15,271 nt of DNA from Candidatus Methylomirabilia bacterium (lineage in GTDB: Bacteria; Methylomirabilota; Methylomirabilia; Rokubacteriales; CSP1-6), in NCBI GenBank assembly GCA_041496385.1, contig JBGQEL010000099.1, positions 1 through 15,271 on the forward strand. Reading direction: 5' to 3'. Shown here one piece after another: positions 1 through 7,646 of the stretch (positions within the stretch are counted from its first letter, which is position 1; every line of letters starts with the position of its first letter). The translations under genes were made by a program, and so were the position numbers. Under the pieces are notes generated by a model. The model was not told the DNA's origin, searched no databases, and saw only the letters and a program-made list of their open reading frames with translations.

Positions 1-1
1 G

Positions 2-1495
2 TATGCCTCGCGGTGGGATCCGCCGGTCCTCGATCCGCGGCTGACGCAGTCGATCGGGCTCTACCAGTTCGCCGGGCTCACCAGCAACCGCCTCGTGCGC
101 TACCAGTTCGCCGACGAGGCGACCAATGCGAACGACCTCACGCTGAGGGGGGACCTCGCGGAGTCGTGGCAGTCGAGCGCCGACCATCGGACGTGGACGT
201 TCAAGCTGCGCCAGGGCGTTAGGTGGCAGAACGTCCCGCCGCTGAACGGGCGCGAGCTGGTCGCGGCCGACGTCAAGGCCTGCTTCGAGGCCTACGCCAA
301 GGAAGGGGTCCAGTCGTTCACGTTTCGCGAGATCGAGGGGATGGAGACCCCGGACAAGCACACGCTACGCCTGCATCTCCACACACCGAACGTGTTCCTG
401 CCGTATAACCTCGCCGAGCCCATCGCGATCGTCTTCGCCCGCGAGGTCCTGGAGGAGGACGGCGACCTCAAGAAGCGCCTGATCGGAACCGGGCCCTACA
501 CCCTCAAGGAGCACACCCGCAAGGTGCGCGTGGTGCTCGTGCGGAACCCCGACTACTTCGACAAGGGCCGGCCATACGTCGACGAGTACGTCATCCTCTC
601 GACCCCTGACTCCGCCACCCGCATGGCGGCGTTTCGCACCGGTCAGAGCGACATCCTGCAGGTGTCGAGCCCCAGCGAGGTGGAAACGGTTCGCAAGACC
701 AACCCCGCCTCCGTCGTGCAGGAGTACAAGAACACGCTGGCCCCGTTCGGGATCTCGCTCGCGCAGGACCGGCCTCCGTTCAACGACGTCCGCGTCCGGC
801 GCGCGATCTCGATGGCCATCGACCGGCAGAAGCAGGTGGACACGGTGTACGAGGGGCACGGCATCCCGGGCTGGGGTGTTCCGTACGTCTACTACCAGGA
901 CAAGATGCCGACGCTGTCGCAGCTCGGTCCCTGGTGGCAGTACAGGCCGGCCGAGGCGAAGAAGCTCCTCGCCGAGGCGGGGCACCCGAACGGCTTCTCG
1001 ACGACGCTGTTCTACTACGAGTACTTCCCGCAGATGACGTCCCAGGTCCAGCTCGTCCAGCAGGATCTCAAGAAGAACCTCAACGTCGACGTCAAGATCA
1101 CCAAGCTCGACTACACGACCTACTACGGCCGCTATGCCGAGAACAAGTGGGACGGGATGTCCTGGGGGTTCCAATCGGGTCACGCGGTCGGCCTGGACGA
1201 ACGCACGTACCACTACATGCACTCGAAGTCGACGAAGAACTTCTTCCGTGTGAACGACCCCGTCATCGACGAGCTGACCACGAAGCTGCGCCAGACGCCG
1301 GACCGCGCCGATCAGCGGGTGATCACCAAGAAGATCGTCGATCGGGAATTCGATCAGGTGCTGCGGATGTGGATGCCGTACGACAACGGCTTCTTCCTCT
1401 TCCAGCCTCAGCTGCGGAACATGGCCTGCCCCCCCATCCGCCGCGTCGAGGGCTACGGCTCGTCGGCCATGGCCCGGGTCTGGCTCGACAAGTAG
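2..1495 (+). CDS. ABC transporter substrate-binding protein, family 5 (Dpp/Opp/Nik-like), 5'-truncated
   Basis: The frame of ORF 95..1495 is open back to base 2 (YASRWDPPVLDPRLTQSIGLYQFAGLTSNRLVRY...), so the real start lies outside the window. Family-5 motifs: 'DLAESWQSSADHRTWTFKLRQGVRW', 'IGTGPY', 'NPDYF', 'PFNDVRVRRAISMAIDR'. Followed by two permeases. Confidence 0.93.
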   Translation, partial: YASRWDPPVLDPRLTQSIGLYQFAGLTSNRLVRYQFADEATNANDLTLRGDLAESWQSSADHRTWTFKLRQGVRWQNVPPLNGRELVAADVKACFEAYAKEGVQSFTFREIEGMETPDKHTLRLHLHTPNVFLPYNLAEPIAIVFAREVLEEDGDLKKRLIGTGPYTLKEHTRKVRVVLVRNPDYFDKGRPYVDEYVILSTPDSATRMAAFRTGQSDILQVSSPSEVETVRKTNPASVVQEYKNTLAPFGISLAQDRPPFNDVRVRRAISMAIDRQKQVDTVYEGHGIPGWGVPYVYYQDKMPTLSQLGPWWQYRPAEAKKLLAEAGHPNGFSTTLFYYEYFPQMTSQVQLVQQDLKKNLNVDVKITKLDYTTYYGRYAENKWDGMSWGFQSGHAVGLDERTYHYMHSKSTKNFFRVNDPVIDELTTKLRQTPDRADQRVITKKIVDREFDQVLRMWMPYDNGFFLFQPQLRNMACPPIRRVEGYGSSAMARVWLDK

Positions 1496-1519
1496 GGGAG
1501 CGGTCGGGGCGGGGCGCCG

Positions 1520-2470
1520 ATGCAGAAATACGTGATCCGCCGGCTCCTGATGGCGATCCCCGTCCTCCTGCTGTCCTCGGTGATCGTGTTCGGGCTGATG
1601 CGCGTGATGCCGGGGGACGCGCTGACGGCGCTCATGGCCGAGTCCGGGAACATCGGCGAGCGCGAGCTCCAGCAGGTGCGCAGGCAGCTGCGCCTCGACC
1701 TGCCGTATCACGAGCAGTACCTCATCTGGCTCTGGCAGATGGTGAGCCTCAGCCCCGGCGACTCGATCTTCACGGGCGAGCCGATCGTCGTGAGTCTCCG
1801 GAAGGCGATCCCCGTCACGCTCGAGCTGGCGACGCTGGCGATGGTGCTGGGGCTCGTCATCGCCATCCCCATCGGCGTGCTCTCGGCCGTCCGCCAGGAC
1901 ACGCCGTCGGACTACACGGGCCGCGTCGTCGCCGTGTCCGGCCTCTCGATGCCCGACTTCTGGCTCGCGACGCTCGTCATCACCTTCGCGGCGATCTGGT
2001 TTCACTGGATCCCGCCGATCGGCTACGTCAGCCTCTGGGATTCGCCCGCGCGCAATCTCCAGCAGTTCCTGCTGCCGGCGGCGGTGCTCGGCTTCCGGCT
2101 CTCCGCGGCCACCATGCGCATGACCCGCTCGACGGTGCTCGAGGTGCTGCGCGAGGACTACGTCCGCACGGCCTGGGCCAAGGGGCTCGACGGGCGGATC
2201 GTCGTCTACAAGCACGCGCTGAAGAACGCGCTCATCCCCGTCGTCACCATCGTGGGCGGGCAGCTGGCGACCCTGCTGGCCGGCACCGTGGTCGTCGAGA
2301 CGGTCTTCGCGCTGCCTGGGATGGGCCGGCTGACCGTGGAGGCGATCTTCTTCCGCGACTATCCCGTCGTGCAGACCAACGTCATGCTGGTCGCGGCGAC
2401 GCTCGTCACGCTGAATCTCCTGGTGGACCTCTCCTACGCGTGGCTGGACCCGCGGATCCGTTACCGGTAA
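1520..2470 (+). CDS. Peptide/nickel ABC transporter permease (DppB/OppB-like)
   Basis: N-terminus 'MQKYVIRRLLMAIPVLL...MPGD', hydrophobic helices, EAA loop 'EDYVRTAWAKGL...KHALKNALIP', C-terminus 'DLSYAWLDPRIRY'. Confidence 0.95.
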   Translation: MQKYVIRRLLMAIPVLLLSSVIVFGLMRVMPGDALTALMAESGNIGERELQQVRRQLRLDLPYHEQYLIWLWQMVSLSPGDSIFTGEPIVVSLRKAIPVTLELATLAMVLGLVIAIPIGVLSAVRQDTPSDYTGRVVAVSGLSMPDFWLATLVITFAAIWFHWIPPIGYVSLWDSPARNLQQFLLPAAVLGFRLSAATMRMTRSTVLEVLREDYVRTAWAKGLDGRIVVYKHALKNALIPVVTIVGGQLATLLAGTVVVETVFALPGMGRLTVEAIFFRDYPVVQTNVMLVAATLVTLNLLVDLSYAWLDPRIRYR

Positions 2471-2484
2471 GGGCACGCGACATC

Positions 2485-3390
2485 ATGGCCATCGCGACGG
2501 CGCGCGTCGCCTCGTTCAAGGAAGCGCAGCCGGTCCACACCGTGAGTCGCGTGGCTGCGCTCTGGGCCGTCATGCGGCGGAAGCCCCTCGGGATGGCCTC
2601 GGCCACCATGCTCATGACGCTCGTGCTGGCCGCGGTCTTTGCGGACGTGCTGGCGCCCTACGATCCGCTCGCGACCCAGCCGGAGATTCGCCTGTCGGCG
2701 CCCAGCCGCGCGCATCCGTTCGGCACCGACGACATCGGCCGCGACGTCCTGAGCCGCGTCATTCACGGCAGCCGGATCTCGCTCTGGGTGGGGCTGCTCG
2801 CCGTCGGCATCGGCACCGCCGCGGGCATGGTCATCGGCCTGCTCTGCGGGTACTGCGAGGGGCGGCTCGATCTCCTGCTGCAGCGTCTGATGGACGCGAT
2901 CCAGGCCATCCCGGGACTGATCCTCGCGCTGGCCATCGTGTCCGTGCTGACCCCCAACACCACGAACGCGATGCTTGCGATCGCGATGGTGATCATCCCG
3001 GGCAACTCGCGGATCGTGCGCGGCGCGGTGCTCTCGGCGAAGCAGAACCGCTACGTCGAGGCGGCGCAGGCGATCGGCTGCCGGCATCCGCGGATCATCC
3101 TGACCCACATCCTGCCCAACGTGACCGCGCCGATCCTGATCATCGCGTCGATCTGGTTCGGCAACGCCATCCTGATCGAGGCGACGCTGAGCTTCCTGGG
3201 GGTGGGCACCCAGCCGCCCACGCCGTCGTGGGGCCTGATGCTCTCCAGCACGGGGCGTGCGTTCATGGAGCAGGCGCCCTGGCTCGCGATCTTCCCGGGC
3301 CTGGCGATCAGCCTTGCGGTGCTCGCCTTCAACCTCTTCGGCGACACCCTGCGCGACGCCTGGGATCCGAGGCTCCGGCAGAGCGGCTGA
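2485..3390 (+). CDS. Peptide/nickel ABC transporter permease (DppC/OppC-like)
   Basis: C-terminal part of ORF 934..3390, with ATG at 2485, 14 nt after the previous stop. Motifs 'HPFGTDDIGRDVLSRVIHGSRISL', 'YVEAAQAIG...HILPN', 'EATLSFLG', 'PTPSWG', 'GDTLRDAWDP'. Confidence 0.93.
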   Translation: MAIATARVASFKEAQPVHTVSRVAALWAVMRRKPLGMASATMLMTLVLAAVFADVLAPYDPLATQPEIRLSAPSRAHPFGTDDIGRDVLSRVIHGSRISLWVGLLAVGIGTAAGMVIGLLCGYCEGRLDLLLQRLMDAIQAIPGLILALAIVSVLTPNTTNAMLAIAMVIIPGNSRIVRGAVLSAKQNRYVEAAQAIGCRHPRIILTHILPNVTAPILIIASIWFGNAILIEATLSFLGVGTQPPTPSWGLMLSSTGRAFMEQAPWLAIFPGLAISLAVLAFNLFGDTLRDAWDPRLRQSG

Positions 3391-3405
3391 GCCCGTCGGA
3401 CCCGG

Positions 3406-3621
3406 CTAGCCTGGATTGTTCACGAACGACCCCACGCGAGGCGGACGGGTCCTGGCACCGCGGGCTGTGCCCGCGCCCCGGCGCCGTCACCCACTCGCCG
3501 GGTAGCAGCTCTTCGAGCTGCGGGCGGGACTCGGGGGTCCCACTTCGCCGGTTGCGCGGGCACAGCCCGCGGTGCCACCCGTCCGACCCCGGTACGCTCG
3601 TTCATGAACGATCCGGGCTAG
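3406..3621. mobile_element. Putative non-autonomous miniature element (MITE/REPIN-like) of nested inverted repeats, flanked by CTAG
   Basis: Terminal IRs 3406-3429 (CTAGCCTGGATTGTTCACGAACGA) and 3598-3621 (TCGTTCATGAACGATCCGGGCTAG) match at 21/24. Perfect inner 24-bp IR at 3453-3476/3554-3577. CTAG at both ends. The repeat structure is directly visible; mobility is inferred. Confidence 0.65.
3453..3577. repeat. Perfect 24-bp inverted repeat whose arms are each a 7-3-7 palindrome
   Basis: TGGCACCGCGGGCTGTGCCCGCGC (3453-3476) is the exact reverse complement of GCGCGGGCACAGCCCGCGGTGCCA (3554-3577). It extends outward by CGGACGGG (3442-3449)/CCCGTCCG (3578-3585) across a TCC bulge. Confidence 0.95.
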
Positions 3622-5159
3622 GGGTTCTTGAGGCGCATATCCTCGTACGCCGGAAACGGGTACATCGGAATCGAGTTGATCATGTGGTCGGCCACGCGCG
3701 GGCCGACCCCGATCAGTCCGCGCAGGTCCATGAGCGGCGCGAACATCACCCGGTCGATCGTGAGCTGCTGGATCTTGTGGAGCAGGGCCTCGCGCTTGGC
3801 GGGATCCCGCTCGCGCGCCTGCTGCAGGAACAGCTCGTCGATGTCGGGATAGCCGCCGTAGGCGGAGGCGCCCTTCGAGTATATGAACGCTTCCACGCGG
3901 CTCGCGGCGTTGCCCGAGTTGCCCACGGCCGTCAGGAACAGCCCGCGCAGCTTCTTCTCCTGCCAGGCCGCGTAGAACGCGGCGCGCTCCATGGGCCGCA
4001 GGCGCACGCGGATCCCGACCGCGTTCAGGTTGTTCATCGCGGCCTCGCCCACCGTGGAGAAGCCGGGGATGGGCACGAACTCGCCGGCGTCGATGCCCTT
4101 CGGATAGCCGGCCTCGGCGAGGAGCTGCCGGGCCTTCTGCGGATCGTAGGGGTGCGCCGGGACTTGAAGGGCGAAGTCCATCACCCGGGGGACGATGACC
4201 CCGGCGGGGGGGCAGAAGCCGAGGCACGCGGCCTCGCTCGTCGTCTTGCGATCGAGCGCGTAGTTGACCGCGAGCCGCATGCGCCGGTCGTTCCAGGGCG
4301 ACTTGGGGTCCCACTGGTCGGCGAACTCGATCCAGAAGATGGACGCGTGCCGCGTGTCCACGAGGACGTAGCGGGGATCGCGCTTCACCGCTTCCGCCTC
4401 GGGGCCGTCCAGGAACAAGGCGAAGTCCGTCTCGCCGCTCTTCAGCATCGCCAGGCGCGTGGTGCTGTCGGGCACGCTCTTCATGGTCAGGCGCCGGATA
4501 TACGGCGCGTGTCGCCAGTAGCCGGGGAAGGCTTCCAGCGTCACGTCGATGCCGGGCCGCTGGCTCACGAACCGGTAGGGGCCCGCGCCGATCGGGCGCT
4601 GCCGGAACCCGTCCGCGCCGACCTGCTCGAAGTATCGCCGCGGCAGGACGATCCCGGCGGCCGTGGCGGTGGTCCCGTAGAACGTCATGAAATCCGGCCA
4701 CGGCTCCTTGAGATGGAAGCGCAGCGTGAGCGGATCGACGACCTCCACCAGCCGCACGCGGGCCCGGAGCTCCCGCGCGCCGGCGCCCTGGTAGCGCTCG
4801 AAGCTCCACTTCGCGTCGTCGGCGGCGATCGGGTCACCGTTGTGGAACTTGAGGCCGCGGCGGAGCTTGAACTCGTAGACGAGCCCGTCCGGACTCTCCG
4901 TCCACGACTCGGCCAGGCTGGCGCCCATCTTCTGTCCCGGGAGCGGCCGCACCAGCGCGTCGTGGAGCGCGTAGAGCACGCCGAAGGGCGTGATCTGGGG
5001 CGGGGCGGTCGAGGGATCGAGCCAGCTCGGCGCGAGCGTGACGTGGAAGGAGACGACGATCTCGCCCGCGGGGGCCTGGGCGCTTGCCGGGCGTGCCGCA
5101 CCGAGGGGCAGCGCGGCGGCGACGATAGCGGCGAGCAGCGTGCGCAGGACTCGATTCAT
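3618..5159 (-). CDS. ABC transporter substrate-binding protein, family 5 (no co-oriented permeases)
   Basis: C-terminal part of ORF 3618..6113. ATG at 5159 is preceded by SD-like GAGGTG; an alternative ATG at 5183 overlaps the upstream stop (ATGA). Signal peptide 'MNRVLRTLLAAIVAAALPLGAARPASA'. Motifs 'SLAESWTESPDGLVYEFKLRRGLKFHNGDP', 'PIGAGPY', 'YDPQKARQLLAEAGYP'. Confidence 0.93.
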   Translation of the reverse strand: MNRVLRTLLAAIVAAALPLGAARPASAQAPAGEIVVSFHVTLAPSWLDPSTAPPQITPFGVLYALHDALVRPLPGQKMGASLAESWTESPDGLVYEFKLRRGLKFHNGDPIAADDAKWSFERYQGAGARELRARVRLVEVVDPLTLRFHLKEPWPDFMTFYGTTATAAGIVLPRRYFEQVGADGFRQRPIGAGPYRFVSQRPGIDVTLEAFPGYWRHAPYIRRLTMKSVPDSTTRLAMLKSGETDFALFLDGPEAEAVKRDPRYVLVDTRHASIFWIEFADQWDPKSPWNDRRMRLAVNYALDRKTTSEAACLGFCPPAGVIVPRVMDFALQVPAHPYDPQKARQLLAEAGYPKGIDAGEFVPIPGFSTVGEAAMNNLNAVGIRVRLRPMERAAFYAAWQEKKLRGLFLTAVGNSGNAASRVEAFIYSKGASAYGGYPDIDELFLQQARERDPAKREALLHKIQQLTIDRVMFAPLMDLRGLIGVGPRVADHMINSIPMYPFPAYEDMRLKNP

Positions 5160-5179
5160 GGGGCACCTCGTCGGCATGG

Positions 5180-6226
5180 TCATTTGAGTGCGGGCATGAT
5201 CTCCTGGGTCAGGATCCGCAGCGTGCGGCGCATCGGCTCCAGCGGGAGGAGACCGCCGGGTTTCAGCTCGGCCACCAGACCGTCCAGGCCGAGCTCGTCG
5301 CGCAGCTGGGCGAGGCGGTCGATCAGGCTCGCCGCCGTGCCGAACGCCACGCGCGTCTTCAAGATCTCGTCGTAGCTCATGCCCGCGACCTGGTCGGCGA
5401 GCGCCCGGCGCCGCGCGGCGGGCCCGGTGTCCATGCGCCCCAGGCCCGACTGGATCAGCTCGACGTGGCGGCGGAAGAAGTAGGTGATGTTCTCCTGCGG
5501 CTCTTCGACGGCCGCCTTCTCCGTGGGCGCCGCGTAGACCGGAATGCGGAGGTAGACCTCCCCGCGCCCGGCGTGACCGGCCTCGCGCCAGGCCTGATGG
5601 TAGGTCGCGAGCCGGACCTTCAGCATCGGGATGTCGAGGTCCCGGAGCCCGACGAAGATGGGCAGGCCGAGCTGGGCGACCTGGGGGAAGGTCTCCTCGG
5701 AGTTGGAGGCCATCCGCATCGGCGGATGCGGCGACTGGAACGGGGTCGGCGACACGGTCGCGTTCTGGAAGCGGAAGAACGTGCCCTGGTGGCTGAACGT
5801 CCGGCCCTTCCACGCTTCGCGGATGATCCCGAGGGCTTCGACGAAGCGCCCCTGGCTCTCCCCGTAAGGAATGCCGAGCACGTCGTACGCGCGCGCGGAG
5901 CCGCTGCGCCCGATGCCGAACTCGAAGCGTCCCTGGCTCAGGTGATCGACGGTGGCGACCTCCTCGGCGATCCGTAGCGGATTGTGGAGCGGCAGGAGCT
6001 GGACGGCGGTCCCGACGCGCAGGCGCCGCGTGCGCCCGGCGATGTAGCCCGCCAGCGCCAGCGGCGCGGACTGCACCGAGCGCGCGCCGTTGAAGTGGAT
6101 CTCGCCGAGCCACACGCCGTCGAGGCCCCAGGCCTCGGCCGCGTCCACCAGCTCGGCGACTTCCTGGAACGCCACGGCCTCGCTGGTGCCGCGGCGTCTC
6201 TCCTCGAGAAAGATTCCGAAGTGCAT
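5180..6226 (-). CDS. LLM-class (luciferase-like) flavin-dependent oxidoreductase
   Basis: ATG at 6226 with GGAG upstream. 'MHFGIF...AEAWGLDGVWLGEIHF', 'RTRRLRVGTAVQLLPLHNPLRIAEEVATVDHLSQGRFEFGIGRS', 'PFQSPHPP'. Confidence 0.93.
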   Translation of the reverse strand: MHFGIFLEERRRGTSEAVAFQEVAELVDAAEAWGLDGVWLGEIHFNGARSVQSAPLALAGYIAGRTRRLRVGTAVQLLPLHNPLRIAEEVATVDHLSQGRFEFGIGRSGSARAYDVLGIPYGESQGRFVEALGIIREAWKGRTFSHQGTFFRFQNATVSPTPFQSPHPPMRMASNSEETFPQVAQLGLPIFVGLRDLDIPMLKVRLATYHQAWREAGHAGRGEVYLRIPVYAAPTEKAAVEEPQENITYFFRRHVELIQSGLGRMDTGPAARRRALADQVAGMSYDEILKTRVAFGTAASLIDRLAQLRDELGLDGLVAELKPGGLLPLEPMRRTLRILTQEIMPALK

Positions 6227-6237
6227 GGGTGACTCCG

Positions 6238-6705
6238 TCAGTATCGGCCGCCGAGCTTCCGGTGGTCCCAGGACACGACGCGCGTCGGTGTGAAGCGGAG
6301 TACCACGCGCTTCTTCGCCTGCTGCAGCACGCCCTCGCGCGCCTCGGGGGACGGGTCCGCGCCGGCGTAGCGGGCCATCAGTCGGAGGCCGAAGCCGGCG
6401 ACCAGCGCGGGGTCGCGCTCGATCGCGACGTCGCACTCGAGCATCGCGCCCCGCAGCTCGCCGTACTGGTCGCGCCCGGCCTCGACCTGGAGGGTCGCGC
6501 GCGGCTCGCGCTCGAGATTCTTGACCTTCTGCGACTTGCCGAAGGTCCACGTGCTGAGGACCGGGCCGTCGCGCAGGTACCAGAGAGGCATGAGGTGCGG
6601 CCGGCCGCTCGGGCCGAGGCTCGCGCAGGTCAGGACGCGCTCCTCGTCGAGGAAGCGCGCCAGCTCCCCCTCGGACATCGCGATCTCGCTCCGGCGTGAG
6701 GGCAT
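6238..6705 (-). CDS. Pyridoxamine-5'-phosphate-oxidase-like split beta-barrel protein (PPOX class, possibly F420-dependent)
   Basis: C-terminal part of ORF 6238..7971, with ATG at 6705, 2 nt after the upstream stop. 'FLDEERVLTCASLGPSGRPHLMPLWY...TFGKSQKVKNLEREPRATLQVE...SWDHRKL' matches the PPOX/FDOR-B pattern. Confidence 0.85.
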   Translation of the reverse strand: MPSRRSEIAMSEGELARFLDEERVLTCASLGPSGRPHLMPLWYLRDGPVLSTWTFGKSQKVKNLEREPRATLQVEAGRDQYGELRGAMLECDVAIERDPALVAGFGLRLMARYAGADPSPEAREGVLQQAKKRVVLRFTPTRVVSWDHRKLGGRY

Positions 6706-6707
6706 GG

Positions 6708-7646
6708 TCAGTAGCCTCGCTTCCGGTCCACGATGTGCCGCAGCGGCCGGCCCGCCAGGTAGCGCGCGAGGTTGTCGTTGAAGACGGGCGCGATCTCCTC
6801 GGGGGTGCTGGGTCCGGAGATGTGCGGGGTGATCACGAGGTTCTCCAGGCGCCAGAACGGGTGGTGCGGCGGGAGCGGCTCGGTCGCGAAGACGTCGAGG
6901 ACCGCGCCCGCGATGCGCTTCTGCTCGAGCGCCGCGAGGAGCGCTTCCTCGTCGACGACGGCGCCCCGCGCGATGTTGAGGAGCCAGGCGGTCGGCTTCA
7001 TGGCCGCGAGCGCGTCGGCCCCGATGAGGCCCGCGGTCTCGGGAGTCAGCGGCAGGAGGATCACGACGAAGTCGGCCTCGGCCAGCGCGCGCCCGAGCTG
7101 GCCGACCTTGTAGACGCGCTCGGCTTCGCGCACGAGGCGTCCCGAGCGGCTCACGCCGACGACCCGCATGCCGAGCGCCCTGGCGGCGCGCGCGACGTCC
7201 CGGCCGATGTCGCCCATGCCCACGACCGTGAGCGTCTTGCCGAGCAGCCGGTCGGGCAGCACGTGGTCGAGCCAGCGCCGCTTGCGCTGGGCCTCGCGGT
7301 AGGTCTCGACGCGCTGGGTGACCCAGGCGCACCAGCCGACGACGTACTCCGCCATCCACGGCCCGAAGATCCCGGGCGCCCGCGTCACGACGACGTTCTG
7401 CGGCAGCTCGGGGACGAGCGCCCAGTCCACGCCGGCGCCCATCACCTGCAGCCACCGGAGGCGCGCCGCCTTTGCGTAGCAGTGCGGCGGAAACTTCCAG
7501 GCGTAGAGGATCTCGGCGTCCGCGATGAGCTCCGCGGCCTCCGAGGGCGTGGCGGCGGCGCGCACGACGGCGCGGCTCTTGGGCGCGCGCAGGAGGTCGA
7601 GATACTTGGGATCCGTGTGATAGACGAGGATGGTCGGCCGGGTCAC
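6708..7646 (-). CDS. D-2-hydroxyacid dehydrogenase family protein (NAD(P)-dependent)
   Basis: GTG at 7646 overlaps the upstream stop (GTGA). Rossmann 'VVGMGDIG'; catalytic R/E/H in 'NIARG', 'LDVFATEPLP', 'TPHISG'. Confidence 0.93.
   Translation of the reverse strand: MTRPTILVYHTDPKYLDLLRAPKSRAVVRAAATPSEAAELIADAEILYAWKFPPHCYAKAARLRWLQVMGAGVDWALVPELPQNVVVTRAPGIFGPWMAEYVVGWCAWVTQRVETYREAQRKRRWLDHVLPDRLLGKTLTVVGMGDIGRDVARAARALGMRVVGVSRSGRLVREAERVYKVGQLGRALAEADFVVILLPLTPETAGLIGADALAAMKPTAWLLNIARGAVVDEEALLAALEQKRIAGAVLDVFATEPLPPHHPFWRLENLVITPHISGPSTPEEIAPVFNDNLARYLAGRPLRHIVDRKRGY

Noticed and set aside
61..113. 14-bp direct repeat CTACCAGTTCGCCG (61-74 and 100-113)
   Set aside because: Only two copies, in frame within the SBP (both encode YQFA). 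Not an array, CRISPR or att site.
3420..3605. 61-aa minus-strand ORF inside the palindromic element
   Set aside because: No RBS, no recognisable domain and far too short for a transposase. Its start and stop fall within the terminal palindromes, so it is probably incidental.
3598..3611. GTTC/GAAC palindrome as a LexA (SOS) box
   Set aside because: The arrangement is GTTC-N2-GAAC, not GAAC-N4-GTTC or GTTC-N7-GTTC, and it lies between gene 3' ends rather than at a promoter.
3406..3621. Element as a tRNA, riboswitch, CRISPR unit or intrinsic terminator
   Set aside because: No cloverleaf or T-loop/CCA, not in a 5' leader, repeats are inverted rather than direct with spacers, and there is no U-tract on either strand.
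365..5375. Long alternative ORFs (365..2476 -, the 934..2484 extension, 3228..5375 +, 3487..4809 -) and similar ones elsewhere (e.g. 11457..12887 -, 11930..13219 +)
   Set aside because: They are antisense or off-frame shadows of well-supported genes. They are Arg/Gly/Pro/Ala-rich with no motifs, as expected from stop-codon scarcity in high-GC DNA.
3618..6113. Apparent 831-aa SBP, and apparent long N-terminal extensions on the LLM (to 6550), PPOX (to 7971) and DctQ (from 13308) ORFs suggesting fusions or frameshifts
   Set aside because: The extensions overlap neighbouring genes in other frames. Each real gene has its own start with an SD or stop/start coupling and a family-typical N-terminus.
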